DNA of 64,000 nucleotides from an uncultured Verrucomicrobiota bacterium (lineage in GTDB: Bacteria; Verrucomicrobiota; Verrucomicrobiia; Limisphaerales; UBA9464). How positions within the stretch are numbered: position 1 is the stretch's first letter; each line of letters starts with the position of its first letter. Made by a program: the position numbers and the translations under genes. Shown piece after piece: positions 40,401 to 49,568 of the stretch. The notes beneath the pieces were generated by a model, which was not told where the DNA came from, did not search any database, and saw only the letters and a program-made list of their open reading frames with translations. The stretch is from assembly GCA_903907925.1 (NCBI GenBank), contig CAIVQB010000073.1, forward strand, positions 2,780-66,779. Direction: 5' to 3'.

Positions 40401-41345
40401 GCCGGCATTCCAGAAACTCGGGTCTGGCGCTGCGGCAATCGCGGGAATGTCGCTTCGGTACTGATCGAGAAGCCGGCCCGCGGCAATTTTCTCCCGATTC
40501 TCGACGGGGGGTTCAGCCTTCAATACAGCCCGTTGTTGGAATATCGCGGCGGCGATGGCTCGGTGGTGTTCTGTCAACTCGACGTGACGGGCCGCACCGA
40601 GGCCGATCCGACGGCAGAAGCGATCGTGAGGAATCTGTTCCGTTACGTCTCCGAACAAAAACCGGCGGTTCATCGGGTCGCCGTTTATGCCGGCGAAGCA
40701 GACGGACGAAAGCACCTCGAATCGCTCGGCATCCCGGTTCAACCCTTCGAGCCCGGCACTCTGTCGGCCACCACAACACTGGTGCTGGGTCCGGGCTGCG
40801 GCGCGATTCTGGAACCTCACCTCGACGCTGTTCGCAACTTTGTGCGCACGAGCGAAAACCTCCTGGCAATTGGCCTCGATTCCGACGAGATCAACCGCGT
40901 CCTCCCTTTCAAAGTCACCCTGCGCAACGCCGAACACATCGCGGGTTATTTCGAGCCGTTCACCGAACATTCACCGTTCGCCGGAGTCGGATCCGCCGAC
41001 GTTCACAATCGCGATCCACGGACGCTTCCCTTGGTTTCATCGGGTGCGGAATGTTTCGGCGACGGTGTTCTGGCGGTTGCCGGCGGGCAGAATGTGGTCT
41101 TCGTCCAGATAGCACCGTGGCATTTCGAAGGGGCGCACCAGGCGAATCTTCGCCGGACATTTCGCCGCAGCTCGACGCTGCTCAACCGGGTCCTGGCCAA
41201 CCTCGGCGTGGCGGACTCCACCGCGCTGCTCGAACGCTTCCACCACCCCGTCGCCGACCTCAAGACCGACAAACGCTGGCTGGACGGTCTCTACGTCGAC
41301 CAACCCGAAGAATGGGACGATCCGTACCGTTTCTTCCGGTGGTAG
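37401..41345 (+). CDS. Large glycoside hydrolase family 2-like protein (beta-galactosidase/glucuronidase-type sugar-binding and TIM-barrel domains plus a long C-terminal extension)
   Basis: ICLNGLWRWQPG, WYEREITVPSAWSGRAFALQVESLNSLAIVFVDG and IGFREFWIEGRDFVLNGTRIAL fit the GH2 N-terminal and Ig-like layout. Confidence 0.7.
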   Translation: MIPRSFFPWWALWSASRFHAVMVMMIGLAFTDLHADAFSTPLPDGVRAVWEPGKAFHETTPTRERICLNGLWRWQPGDVHEERTPVGNWGFFKVPGCWPGIADYMQKDSQTLFANTEWKGFKPAETAAAWYEREITVPSAWSGRAFALQVESLNSLAIVFVDGAKVDELHFPGGELDLTHALRTGATHRLSILVVALPMKGVMLSYTDSASAREVKGAVARRGLCGDVFLVSRPRGPRITDLRVATSVRQRHLTVFIALDGLAPDGHYRIQTRLFKSDAQLEEFISPTFQAADLREGRLLMTNHWMPDTLWDIHTPQNTFDLKSSLVNADGTVLDSDWRQRIGFREFWIEGRDFVLNGTRIALSAVPLDNAQIGAALATYESACESLRRLKSFGINYVYTHHYGCEPGAHLDFSEILRAADDVGMLVGFTQPHFSHYEWSAADADEKNGYARHAAYYARVAGLHPSVVMYAMSHNATGYEEDMNPDLIDGIHGDRDQWAAKNVKLATRAEAIVRRMDPTRIVYHHASGNLGVMHDSNFYPNFAPIQELDDWFEHWATTGVKPAFTCEYGAPFTWDWTMYRGWYKGQREWGSARVPWEFCLAEWNAQFLGDPAYQISEPEKTNLRWEAGQYRAGNVWHRWDYPNSVGSDRFDERYPVFARYLTFNWRAYRTWGVSGISPWEFEHFWKVREGVDRRRKNLKVDWDHLQRPGFSPDFIDQQCERMDLAFEASDWIATPAAEALMRNNRPLLAYIAGKTGAFTAKDHNYRAGETAEKQFIAINNSREAVTCSLSASLNLPSAITAQHRVQIAVGDQVRIPFPFTIPANLPSGRYELHLTATFNNGESQDDRFQIDVVPNPGLRDGTTPLPRIALFDPKGETGHLLQALGISAESVTADTDLSPFEVLVIGKAGLTVEGAFPDLSRVRLGLRVIVFEQTSDVLEKRLGFRVQEYGLRDVFPRVAGHPALAGINPENLRDWRGSATLLASRLKYEMRSRYGPTVEWAGIPETRVWRCGNRGNVASVLIEKPARGNFLPILDGGFSLQYSPLLEYRGGDGSVVFCQLDVTGRTEADPTAEAIVRNLFRYVSEQKPAVHRVAVYAGEADGRKHLESLGIPVQPFEPGTLSATTTLVLGPGCGAILEPHLDAVRNFVRTSENLLAIGLDSDEINRVLPFKVTLRNAEHIAGYFEPFTEHSPFAGVGSADVHNRDPRTLPLVSSGAECFGDGVLAVAGGQNVVFVQIAPWHFEGAHQANLRRTFRRSSTLLNRVLANLGVADSTALLERFHHPVADLKTDKRWLDGLYVDQPEEWDDPYRFFRW

Positions 41346-41371
41346 TCCGCTCCCGTCTCAGGCTGGATCGA

Positions 41372-42166
41372 TCAAATCTGTGAGGCGGAGGTCCGTTTCA
41401 GGAAGACGGTGTTGATCTTGGAAACGTTGTCCTTGTAACGGGGGTCGCTGCTCAACTTCTTCCAGAGCGGTGCCTCGCCAAAACCCTTCCAATGCAGCTT
41501 GTGGGCGTCCTGACTTTCGCCCGAGACCATGTAGACGAGGTTCGGCATTTGCGAACCGATCACCGTCTGGGCGAAAAAGACCGGCGACAAACCGACTTCC
41601 TTCATCAGCTCGATCTCGCCGGCGTTGAACATCTCGACCTTGTTGATGCCCTTGCCCTCGCTGTGGCTCTGGTAGGTGCGCAGCTCGAAGATCCAGGGTT
41701 TCTTCTCCGCCGCCGACGGCGGGACGGCCAGTTTCTTCATGCCGTCAAACGCCACCAGGAGGGAGCTTTCGAAACGGACAAAAGTCGGGTCCGACTTCGG
41801 GACATTGAGGTAGTCCGCGGCGGCCGTCTGATAAACGGCGTCGGCGGTAAGCTGACCCGCCACGGCGGCATAAGCTCCCGGCGTCTCGAACGGAATCAAC
41901 ACGTAGACCTTGCTGTTCGTGGATTCCTGCAGTTCGGTGAAGACGCCAACCGCGGAAACTCCGAGACGGTTGTAGGCTGGAACAGCGGCCTTTTCCCAAT
42001 AGTCGTTGATCGCCTTCTGCTGCGCTTCAGATTTGGTGGTGTAAACCCGCAACTCGTAATACTGCGACGGCCCGGCCTCAGCGGCGATCAGGCGGGTGGG
42101 GGTGCCGGACGAAATGACCAGGGCCGCCAAGCCGAAGAATGATTGGAAAAAGGCGCGCAGTTTCAT
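41372..42166 (-). CDS. Secreted tandem NIPSNAP-domain protein
   Basis: It has a signal peptide, followed by two repeats beginning YYELRVYT and IFELRTYQ. Confidence 0.8.
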   Translation of the reverse strand: MKLRAFFQSFFGLAALVISSGTPTRLIAAEAGPSQYYELRVYTTKSEAQQKAINDYWEKAAVPAYNRLGVSAVGVFTELQESTNSKVYVLIPFETPGAYAAVAGQLTADAVYQTAAADYLNVPKSDPTFVRFESSLLVAFDGMKKLAVPPSAAEKKPWIFELRTYQSHSEGKGINKVEMFNAGEIELMKEVGLSPVFFAQTVIGSQMPNLVYMVSGESQDAHKLHWKGFGEAPLWKKLSSDPRYKDNVSKINTVFLKRTSASQI

Positions 42167-42302
42167 GTGTTTTCAGGATCTAAGCCAGCCCGGCCGGTTC
42201 CTGCAATGAGTCCGGGCTGGAATCTTTCCAAGGCATCCATCCCGAATCGAACCGACCAGCAGATGCGTTGCACTCCGCTCCACGATCCGCCCACAAATCC
42301 AT

Positions 42303-43331
42303 TCACCTTTGAAAGGCACCGAACACCGACTTCAGAAGATCAGTCGTCCTCGCCACCGGATTTTCCCGAACGCGTTTCTCCTCCTCGGCCACCATCTTGA
42401 ACAGGCCGTCCAACGTCTTATCCGTTACGTAACCATCGAGATCGACAGTCGGCAGGCTGACAAACGGCGACGCAATCCGGGCCCGATCCATGATCTGTTT
42501 GAAGGCAGCCGTCGCACCCGTCTTGGCGGTCGCCTGCTGAACGATCGGCAGGAATTGTTGGGTCAGTTCGGTCGTCGTCGTCTTCCGGAAATACTCGGTC
42601 GCCGAATCCTTGGGTCCATTGAGGATCTTCTTGGCATCCTCGACCGACATGCGTTTCAGGCTGCCGGTGAAAACTGCAGCCGCCACCGGAACCGCCTGCT
42701 CGGCGGCCTGGTTCATCGTGGCGATGAACTCATCCGCAAGCCCGTCTTGCTGCAGCGAACGCAGGGTTTTCTCAACCGACTGCAACTTCTCCGGCATTGG
42801 AATCTTCACTGCCGGATTGGTGAGGAACCCTCCGGCCTTCCCCAGGGATCCGATCGCCTGTTGAAGTCCCTTGCCCAATGCCTCCTTGAGTCCACGTGTC
42901 ACCTGGTCCTGGGTCAGATCGGCGATTGAATCCGCGGATGCCGTCGTGACCGGTGGAGTTCCGGCGCTGGGTGATGCCACCGCCGTCTTGGCCGGAAGCG
43001 TCTCTGCAACCCGATCCAACAGAGCCAGGGCCTTTTGCCCGCTGGTCGGCACCGGTGTCGGCGGCGGGACGGCAGTGGTGGCCGTCGCTGCCGTGGTGTT
43101 CGCCGCAGGGAGGGTTGGCTCGACGGCCTTGGGAACCGGGGCCGCAACAGGAACCGGCACGGGTACCGGAGTTGGAGTCGGTGGCGTCGCCGGCTCGGCC
43201 GCCATCCGATTGGGTGCAGAAGCAGCGGGCGCGGGAGTTGATGCGGGCGAACCCGTGGCCGCCTCCTCGTTTTTCTTGCATCCGACCATCAGCCACGCGA
43301 TCGCCAGGAAAAGGGAACACCGGAATGTCAT
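42303..43331 (-). CDS. DUF4197 lipoprotein with a long Pro/Ala/Thr-rich linker
   Basis: The lipobox is MTFRCSLFLAIAWLMVGC. The C-terminal 230 aa (VTRGLKEALGKGLQQAI...GYVTDKTLDGLFKMVAEEEKRVRENP) are typical of DUF4197. Confidence 0.8.
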   Translation of the reverse strand: MTFRCSLFLAIAWLMVGCKKNEEAATGSPASTPAPAASAPNRMAAEPATPPTPTPVPVPVPVAAPVPKAVEPTLPAANTTAATATTAVPPPTPVPTSGQKALALLDRVAETLPAKTAVASPSAGTPPVTTASADSIADLTQDQVTRGLKEALGKGLQQAIGSLGKAGGFLTNPAVKIPMPEKLQSVEKTLRSLQQDGLADEFIATMNQAAEQAVPVAAAVFTGSLKRMSVEDAKKILNGPKDSATEYFRKTTTTELTQQFLPIVQQATAKTGATAAFKQIMDRARIASPFVSLPTVDLDGYVTDKTLDGLFKMVAEEEKRVRENPVARTTDLLKSVFGAFQR

Positions 43332-43479
43332 GCCGCAGACTATCCCATCCGCAGTTTCTCTCAACTGATTAGACCCGCCACCGGTTGCCGTCGACGGATC
43401 GGCACCCATTCGGTCCGCTCTTCAAACTTGCGCACGGACTCCGACCCCGTTGATCTTCCCGGTCAGTCACCCGAATCTT

Positions 43480-44073
43480 ATGCGCCCGTTTTCCACCCAT
43501 CATTTGTTGATCGCCGTCGTGTTGCTCCTGTCGTCGATGCCCGGCTCCAGTCGGGCGGAATCATTCAAGCCCGATCGCGGCTTCAAGAGTCTCACCAACG
43601 GGAAGGATCTTACCGGATGGAAATACAAACCGGACGACATCTTCGACGGAAAGACCGAGGCCAGCGACGGGCGCTACACGGCCAAGGACGGCATGATCGT
43701 GGTCAACGACTACATTCCAGCGAAGGGCCCGCATCTCCGGCAGATGTGGACGACCCGGGTCTTCCCGAAGAACTTCATCCTCAAGCTGGAATTCCGCGCC
43801 TCCGTCAACGCCGACAGCGGCATCTTCATCCGCGATCCGCAGTTGCAATGCCGCGACTACCTCGTGGCCGGGCCCTACAAGACCCTGAAGCACTACAAAC
43901 CCCAGGATTGGAATCTCATCGTCGTCACCGTGAAGGACAACGTGGCCCACTGCACCTGCAACGGCGAAGTGCTGGAGGAGGCATTGAAGCTCCCCGCCAC
44001 CGGACCGATCGGTCTGGAGGCCGATCGCGGCCAGATGGAATACCGCCGCATCCAGCTCAAGGAACTTCCGTAA
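43480..44073 (+). CDS. DUF1080 (3-keto-disaccharide hydrolase-like) secreted protein
   Basis: It has a signal peptide, then FKSLTNGKDLTGWK...NADSGIFIR...GPIGLEADRGQMEYRRIQLKEL. Confidence 0.85.
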   Translation: MRPFSTHHLLIAVVLLLSSMPGSSRAESFKPDRGFKSLTNGKDLTGWKYKPDDIFDGKTEASDGRYTAKDGMIVVNDYIPAKGPHLRQMWTTRVFPKNFILKLEFRASVNADSGIFIRDPQLQCRDYLVAGPYKTLKHYKPQDWNLIVVTVKDNVAHCTCNGEVLEEALKLPATGPIGLEADRGQMEYRRIQLKELP

Positions 44074-44172
44074 CCTCCCCGACGACTGGAAGTGCTGGCA
44101 CCCTGTCGGCGAGTCGGCTGCCGCCAAAGAATCCTGCGGCATTTTGCGTTTGGAAGTACCGGTGCTGGGTCC

Positions 44173-46587
44173 CTACTTTCTGATCAACCAGACCTCGGAA
44201 ACCTGGCAACCACGGCCGTTGCCACCGAGACCCTGCTCCCGGTACCAGCTCAATTCCAACCGACCGTCCCGGGTCGCCTCAGCGGGAATATCGAACTCCA
44301 CCGGCCGATACGGAAACTCCTTTTTGATCAAGGGATGGATTTCGAATCGATCGTTCGCGACGAGGCGGATGGGCAGCTTCGGAGCATCGCCCACGTAGGT
44401 CACTCGAATCCGATAGTGCGCCTTCCGGTCGAGGTCGGTGTACCGCATGCGCAACGGTTGATCGATCAGTGATTCGGCATGATCAAGCCACGAAATCCGC
44501 ATCGCTGCCTCGGGTTTTTCGTCCGGCTCATCGACCACATCGCCTTCTTCAAAGCCCACCTTTGACGACACCCAACTTCCGGGATCTTGATCGAAGGGCA
44601 GCCCGCGAACCACATGCGGCTGACGGGCGATGTTGCCGGTGTCGTCGTAGAATCCGCCAGGACCGGGGTTGGTCCAATTGACAATTCGATCCAAGGCCTG
44701 CAGCCGTTCCACCTCGGTCTTCATACGCCGGATTTCATCGAACTGTTCGGCCAACCAGCGTCGATTGTTCAACGCGTAGTCAATGGTATCGAGACTCGCC
44801 CCGCGATCGACGCCGATTGCCTGGTAGCGGGAAACGCTCAATTGCATGCGAATGCTTTGAAACAGGGCCTCACCCAGCTCGAACGTACGCGCTCGGAGGT
44901 CGAGCGACGCGAACTCGGTGAGCGCCCGGTTCAAGATCGCTTCGGCCTCGTTCATCGCCGGTCGCGTGCCCACGCGACCCGCCTCCTGCAGTTTATCCAT
45001 CGCCCGATCCTCAAGGGCGGTCTCATGGATCAACCGGCTCCGGGTGTAGGCGTCGAAGTACGCCCGGAAGAGCGCCTGCTGAAACCGCCAGTTCGCCTTC
45101 ATCCGCGGCGTGGCCTCGCGTTCCAGTTGTTGGAATTGATGCAACGTCGTGTTCACCCCGTCGTTGGCGATCAACGGTCCGCGCCAGTTGCGTTCCAGCG
45201 CCATCAAACCCTGCGCGAATCCCTCGGTGGACGCGTCCCCAATGAAATACCGGCTGAACTCCCGCAGAACATCGATCACTTCGGCGTCGGGATTCCAGTT
45301 CAACGCGCTCCACACCGCCTTGTTCACATCGTCATTGCAGCCCTCGGAATAACTGATGAACCCCACCGTGTTCGGCTGAAGCAGGCGAACGATCGCGGCC
45401 TCGTCCACCGGGCGCGGATTGATGCATTCACGTCCCTCGGTGATGGCGAACGCGGTATCCCAATCCGGCACCGGATACTCACACTGGCGGGTGTGGGTGA
45501 TGTCGGGATAATGCCGGATTGGATAGCTTCTGGGCACTGCCGCCCGCAACTCCGGTAGGCTCATCCGCACCTGCGGGCCGAAGACGATTCCGCTCAACCA
45601 TTTCGGCTGCTGCGTCTGGAGGATCTCGAGGAATTCCTTCAGCCAAACGCTGTTGAAGCTTTGCGGCGATACCCACATTTGAGCCTTGGGGTGGGTCCGG
45701 TGCAGCGATTCGGTCTGCTTTTCCAACAACGCCATCAGTTGTTTCGGTGGGGTGTGACCAGGATCCCCTCCCGGAACGAATACGGCGTCAATCCGGGGAA
45801 GTTTCTGAAACACCGCCGCCCATTCGCTGATCGCCGATTCCACGGTCTTCGGATCGGAATAATCCTTGTCCATCGCCGGATACCAGATCCAGACGTCCAG
45901 TCCGTAGTCGTCCGCCAATTGCGACATTCCCGTCATCATTTGCAGCGGCGGCAGCGGAAAATGCGGGCTGTCGGCATCGTCATCCGAACGAGGCGGAATC
46001 AATTCAATCGCGTTGGCGCCAAAGACGATGAGATCCCGATAATATTGCTCCCAGGTGGCGAGATCCCAGGCGTCGTAGGAATGCGTTTTCGGACGGTAGC
46101 CGAGCTGATGGCCCCGCAGCGGGTAACGCGGAGCCGTCGAAATCGACAGATCATCGGCCACCGTGATCCGACCCCGGGCCAGTTGGAGTTGTCGCAAGAG
46201 ATGGCCGACCCCGTACAAGACTCCGCGAGGATCATTGCCAACGATGGCCACCGACGGGTTCCCGGCGTCGCTGTTGACCCGGATCCCGAATCCTTCCGCC
46301 CCGCGAGCCTCGGCCGCACGGGCGTTGAGTCCGGGAATCGCTTGGAGCGTTCCGATCTGTCCCAAGGCGATCATTGCAGTGCCATCACCCGGGCGCACAG
46401 CGCGGATTTCCCAGCGGATCTGGGATCGTTTCTCAACCTCTTCGACGAGGAGTGTCACCGCCTTCTTCTCCAACCGCGAAAGTCCTTCCGGCGCGACGAC
46501 CACAGCACGGGTCAGATCCAGCGCTGACACGCCGGATGAATGCACGAGCAGCACCGCAAACGCCGTGTGGAGGATTCTTCGCAACAT
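44173..46587 (-). CDS. Secreted putative glycoside hydrolase (GH20/GH67-like N-terminal alpha/beta domain plus TIM barrel)
   Basis: The signal peptide is MLRRILHTAFAVLLVHSSGVSA. It also has GFGIRVNSDAGNPSVAIVGNDPRGVLYGVGHLLR and APRYPLRGHQLGYRPKTHSYDAWD. The family assignment is tentative. Confidence 0.55.
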   Translation of the reverse strand: MLRRILHTAFAVLLVHSSGVSALDLTRAVVVAPEGLSRLEKKAVTLLVEEVEKRSQIRWEIRAVRPGDGTAMIALGQIGTLQAIPGLNARAAEARGAEGFGIRVNSDAGNPSVAIVGNDPRGVLYGVGHLLRQLQLARGRITVADDLSISTAPRYPLRGHQLGYRPKTHSYDAWDLATWEQYYRDLIVFGANAIELIPPRSDDDADSPHFPLPPLQMMTGMSQLADDYGLDVWIWYPAMDKDYSDPKTVESAISEWAAVFQKLPRIDAVFVPGGDPGHTPPKQLMALLEKQTESLHRTHPKAQMWVSPQSFNSVWLKEFLEILQTQQPKWLSGIVFGPQVRMSLPELRAAVPRSYPIRHYPDITHTRQCEYPVPDWDTAFAITEGRECINPRPVDEAAIVRLLQPNTVGFISYSEGCNDDVNKAVWSALNWNPDAEVIDVLREFSRYFIGDASTEGFAQGLMALERNWRGPLIANDGVNTTLHQFQQLEREATPRMKANWRFQQALFRAYFDAYTRSRLIHETALEDRAMDKLQEAGRVGTRPAMNEAEAILNRALTEFASLDLRARTFELGEALFQSIRMQLSVSRYQAIGVDRGASLDTIDYALNNRRWLAEQFDEIRRMKTEVERLQALDRIVNWTNPGPGGFYDDTGNIARQPHVVRGLPFDQDPGSWVSSKVGFEEGDVVDEPDEKPEAAMRISWLDHAESLIDQPLRMRYTDLDRKAHYRIRVTYVGDAPKLPIRLVANDRFEIHPLIKKEFPYRPVEFDIPAEATRDGRLELSWYREQGLGGNGRGCQVSEVWLIRK

Positions 46588-46903
46588 AGGAATCAGATCC
46601 CGGCAGTACCGTCCGCTGCGCCGGGGATGTGGTTTGGGAACCCAGCGATTAAAGCCCTTTTTCCAGGGTCTAGGAATCCCGTTTTCGCGGAAAACCTCGG
46701 CCGACGGAAAAGCATTCCAGCACGGAATCAGATTCACCTCGCCGCTCCAGAACACGGAGCGCATCGTGACCTTCATCGCCGGCCGACCCTCACTCATCGC
46801 GAGGTGCCGTCACGGTGAACGAGAAAGGCCCGATGTGTTGCGAAGTCCTCTGAAAGCCCGTCCAGGAACCGCCCGGTCTTCCGGCGCACTCGCGGTTCAC
46901 ACG

Positions 46904-48916
46904 ATGGCCATCGCCCTGTTCGTGATGCTGCGCGGCTGGGTCATCGCCGCTCCGGACGCCAACCGGCTCACTACTCTCGATGGCTCCGATCCGTTCCACC
47001 CCGGCTTGGCGTCGGCCCGGTTCACCACGCCCCAATGGATCGGCGAAACCAATGTCGAGGCGGTGGTCATCCTCTCGATCGACGATTTGCGGGCGACGGC
47101 CAAATACGAAACCCATCTCCGGCCCGTTCTCGAACGGCTCAAGCGGATCGATGGTCGGGCCGCGTTCAGCATTTTCTGCAACGCCTGCCCAACCGACGAT
47201 CCACAGTTTGCCACCTGGCTACGGGAGGGCGTTTCTCTCGAAGTCCATACCCTAGCGCATCCCCGTCCGCTGCTCTCAACCAATGGCTTCGCGGCCGCGG
47301 CGAACAACTTCTTCGGCGGCATCGACCTCATCGCAGGCATTCCCGGAAATCATCCCGTCGCGTTCCGCATGCCTTGTTGCGACTCGATGAATTCGGCGAG
47401 CCCCCGCTTCTACGCCGAACTGTTCCACCGGACCTCGCCGGAGGGACGCTGGCTCTCGATGGATTCCTCGGTGATGATGCTTTACACGACCAACGATCCG
47501 TCGCTCCCGCGAGAGTTGGTGGTGGAAGGCGGACACGAGCGTTTCCGCAAATACTTTCCAACACCCGCAGCCGGGTCCGCAAAGGTCTCGCTCGGTGCCT
47601 TTGCCGGTTACATCCGCGACTATCCATATCCCTACGTCATCGGCCCGGGCTGTTGGGAATTCCCGTGCGCGGTCCCCAGTGATTGGGAGGCGTTCAACGC
47701 CCACGGCGCGACGAACTCCGCGACCCTGTCCGACTGGAAGGCCGCGCTCGATGCGACCGTGATCAAGCAGGGGGTGATGACCCTCATTCTGCATCCGCAC
47801 GGCTGGAGTTCGCCCCAGCAACTGGTCGCGCTGATCGACTATGCCGTCGAAACCTACGGATCGAAGGTGAAGTTCCTGACCTTTCCCGAGGCTCTCGCTC
47901 GGATTGAGAAAAACGCCCTCGCCGGCGAATCACTGCGCGCCCGGAACGGCGGCGACAACGGAGTGCGTCTGTTGGATGTAGACGGCGATGGATTTATGGA
48001 TGTCGTGATCGGCAACGGGACCCGGCAAGTCACGCGCCTGTGGCAGCAGGGATCGCGAACCTGGCGGGAAACGCCAACGCCGACCCCGCTGGTTCGGGAT
48101 GGTACATCGACTCAGGTGCGGTTCGGCATCGTGCGTTCCGGCAGCGTCGCCTTGCTGGCTCCCGGCGACCGGCTCGGCGCCTGGGAATTCAGTGATGGAA
48201 TATGGTCTGCCCAACCAGAACTTCTCCTGGGCCTCGAGGGAGTCCTGTCGGGCGCCGCTGGAATTGACCGCGGCCTGCGTTTGCGGGACCTGGATCACGA
48301 CGGCCGGTGCGAGTTGATTCTCAGCAACCCCGAACGCAGTGGGATTTACGGATGGTCCGAACCGATGAAGCGGTGGCAGAAGCTCGACTACACGCTGCCC
48401 GCGGACGTCACCCTGGTGAACACCCGGGGCGAGGACAACGGCGTGCGGTTTGTCGATCTCAACGGGGACGGATTTGAGGACGTGCTCGCGTCAAACGAAC
48501 AGGGCTACTCGATCCATCTTTGGGCGGCCCACGTTAAGGATTACCTCGGCTGGAAGCGGGGATGGTCCCACGAAATCGTCCGCAACACTCGCGGCGACAA
48601 ACCCGGGCCGCGCGAGATTCCACCGCTCACCCGCGACGACCACAACAACGGTGCCTGGTTTCACGACGGTTATCTGGTGGTTCAAAACGAGGAGACCGCG
48701 GCGCTTCCCGACAAAGTCTGGAGACGTTCGTTCCATGACCTGATCGCCTTCGACATGCCGCCGCCGAAATCGCCGGAGGAATCGCGGGCCAGCATCCGCG
48801 TGCGACCGGGATTCAAGGTCGAACTCGCCGCCACCGAACCGGTCGTCATTAGTCCCATGGCCTTTGAATGGGACGCGACGGGACGGCTGTGGGTCGTCGC
48901 GGTTCATCGACGATGA
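46904..48916 (+). CDS. NodB-type polysaccharide deacetylase plus FG-GAP/VCBS repeat protein, ending in a roughly 40-aa stub of a PVC dehydrogenase domain (probably 3'-truncated)
   Basis: NodB-type motifs are SIDDL and EVHTLAH. FG-GAP-like repeats are DVDGDGFMDVVIGNG, DLDHDGRCELILSN and DLNGDGFEDVLASN. The C-terminus is IRVRPGFKVELAATEPVVISPMAFEWDATGRLWVVAVHRR*. A GTG at 46835 is a possible alternative start. Confidence 0.7.
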   Translation: MAIALFVMLRGWVIAAPDANRLTTLDGSDPFHPGLASARFTTPQWIGETNVEAVVILSIDDLRATAKYETHLRPVLERLKRIDGRAAFSIFCNACPTDDPQFATWLREGVSLEVHTLAHPRPLLSTNGFAAAANNFFGGIDLIAGIPGNHPVAFRMPCCDSMNSASPRFYAELFHRTSPEGRWLSMDSSVMMLYTTNDPSLPRELVVEGGHERFRKYFPTPAAGSAKVSLGAFAGYIRDYPYPYVIGPGCWEFPCAVPSDWEAFNAHGATNSATLSDWKAALDATVIKQGVMTLILHPHGWSSPQQLVALIDYAVETYGSKVKFLTFPEALARIEKNALAGESLRARNGGDNGVRLLDVDGDGFMDVVIGNGTRQVTRLWQQGSRTWRETPTPTPLVRDGTSTQVRFGIVRSGSVALLAPGDRLGAWEFSDGIWSAQPELLLGLEGVLSGAAGIDRGLRLRDLDHDGRCELILSNPERSGIYGWSEPMKRWQKLDYTLPADVTLVNTRGEDNGVRFVDLNGDGFEDVLASNEQGYSIHLWAAHVKDYLGWKRGWSHEIVRNTRGDKPGPREIPPLTRDDHNNGAWFHDGYLVVQNEETAALPDKVWRRSFHDLIAFDMPPPKSPEESRASIRVRPGFKVELAATEPVVISPMAFEWDATGRLWVVAVHRR

Positions 48917-48985
48917 ATCGTTCCAACGGGTGGTACGCCGGTCGCTGGCGTTTGGTTCGAATCCTTTTTCAGATCCTGAGAGCCT

Positions 48986-49019
48986 GTCTGAAAATGAGGA
49001 AGGGTCCTCATTTTCAGAC
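48986..49019. repeat. Perfect 15-bp-stem palindromic element (REP-like) between convergent genes
   Basis: It reads GTCTGAAAATGAGGA-AGGG-TCCTCATTTTCAGAC. No U-tract follows on either strand, and a half-copy lies at 16246-16267. Confidence 0.75.
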
Positions 49020-49025
49020 GGGCTC

Positions 49026-49568
49026 TTACACCGGCAGCGGGTCTTCGATTTGGAGTTCCATGTAGGCCACGTCCAGCCAGCGATCGAATTTGTATCCAAC
49101 GCCCCGGAACAGGCCGACGCGCTCGAATCCAAATCGGGCATGAAGTCGGATGCTGGCCTCATTGCCGGCGTCGATCACCGCAATGATCGCACGCAATCCG
49201 CGGGCGCGTGCCGCCGGAATCAGGGGCGCGAGCAGGAGGGATCCGATCCCCCGCCCCCGGTGGGAGGCCAGCACGTACACCGAGTTCTCGGTGGTGAAGC
49301 GGTATCCCATCCGGTCATGATATCGATTGAGGGCGCTCCAACCGACCACCGTTTCGCCGCCGCCAGGATGGGATTCAACGGCGACAAAGACCGGGAACGC
49401 CCCGCGGGCATGATCGTCAAACCAGTGCTCCCGATGCTCGAGGGTCCGCGGCTCGTAGTCGTAGGTCGCCGTGGTGGTCAGCACCGCTTCGTTGTAAATC
49501 GCGAGAATTCCCGGGCAATCGCCACGGACGGCAGGCCGCACCCGGATTTCAATATCGGACCCGTTCAT
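49026..49568 (-). CDS. GNAT N-acetyltransferase, phosphinothricin/methionine-sulfoximine acetyltransferase (PAT/MddA-like) type
   Basis: [40 protein letters not shown]...[11 protein letters not shown]...[17 protein letters not shown] is present. Confidence 0.85.
   Translation of the reverse strand: MNGSDIEIRVRPAVRGDCPGILAIYNEAVLTTTATYDYEPRTLEHREHWFDDHARGAFPVFVAVESHPGGGETVVGWSALNRYHDRMGYRFTTENSVYVLASHRGRGIGSLLLAPLIPAARARGLRAIIAVIDAGNEASIRLHARFGFERVGLFRGVGYKFDRWLDVAYMELQIEDPLPV

Noticed and set aside
48954-48964. GGTTCGAATCC, the canonical tRNA T-loop motif, occurs downstream of the truncated deacetylase gene. It could be a tRNA, a tRNA fragment or an att site.
   Set aside because: The flanking bases do not form a T-stem (TTT/TTT), and no acceptor, D or anticodon arms can be drawn. 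Only the 11-mer matches.
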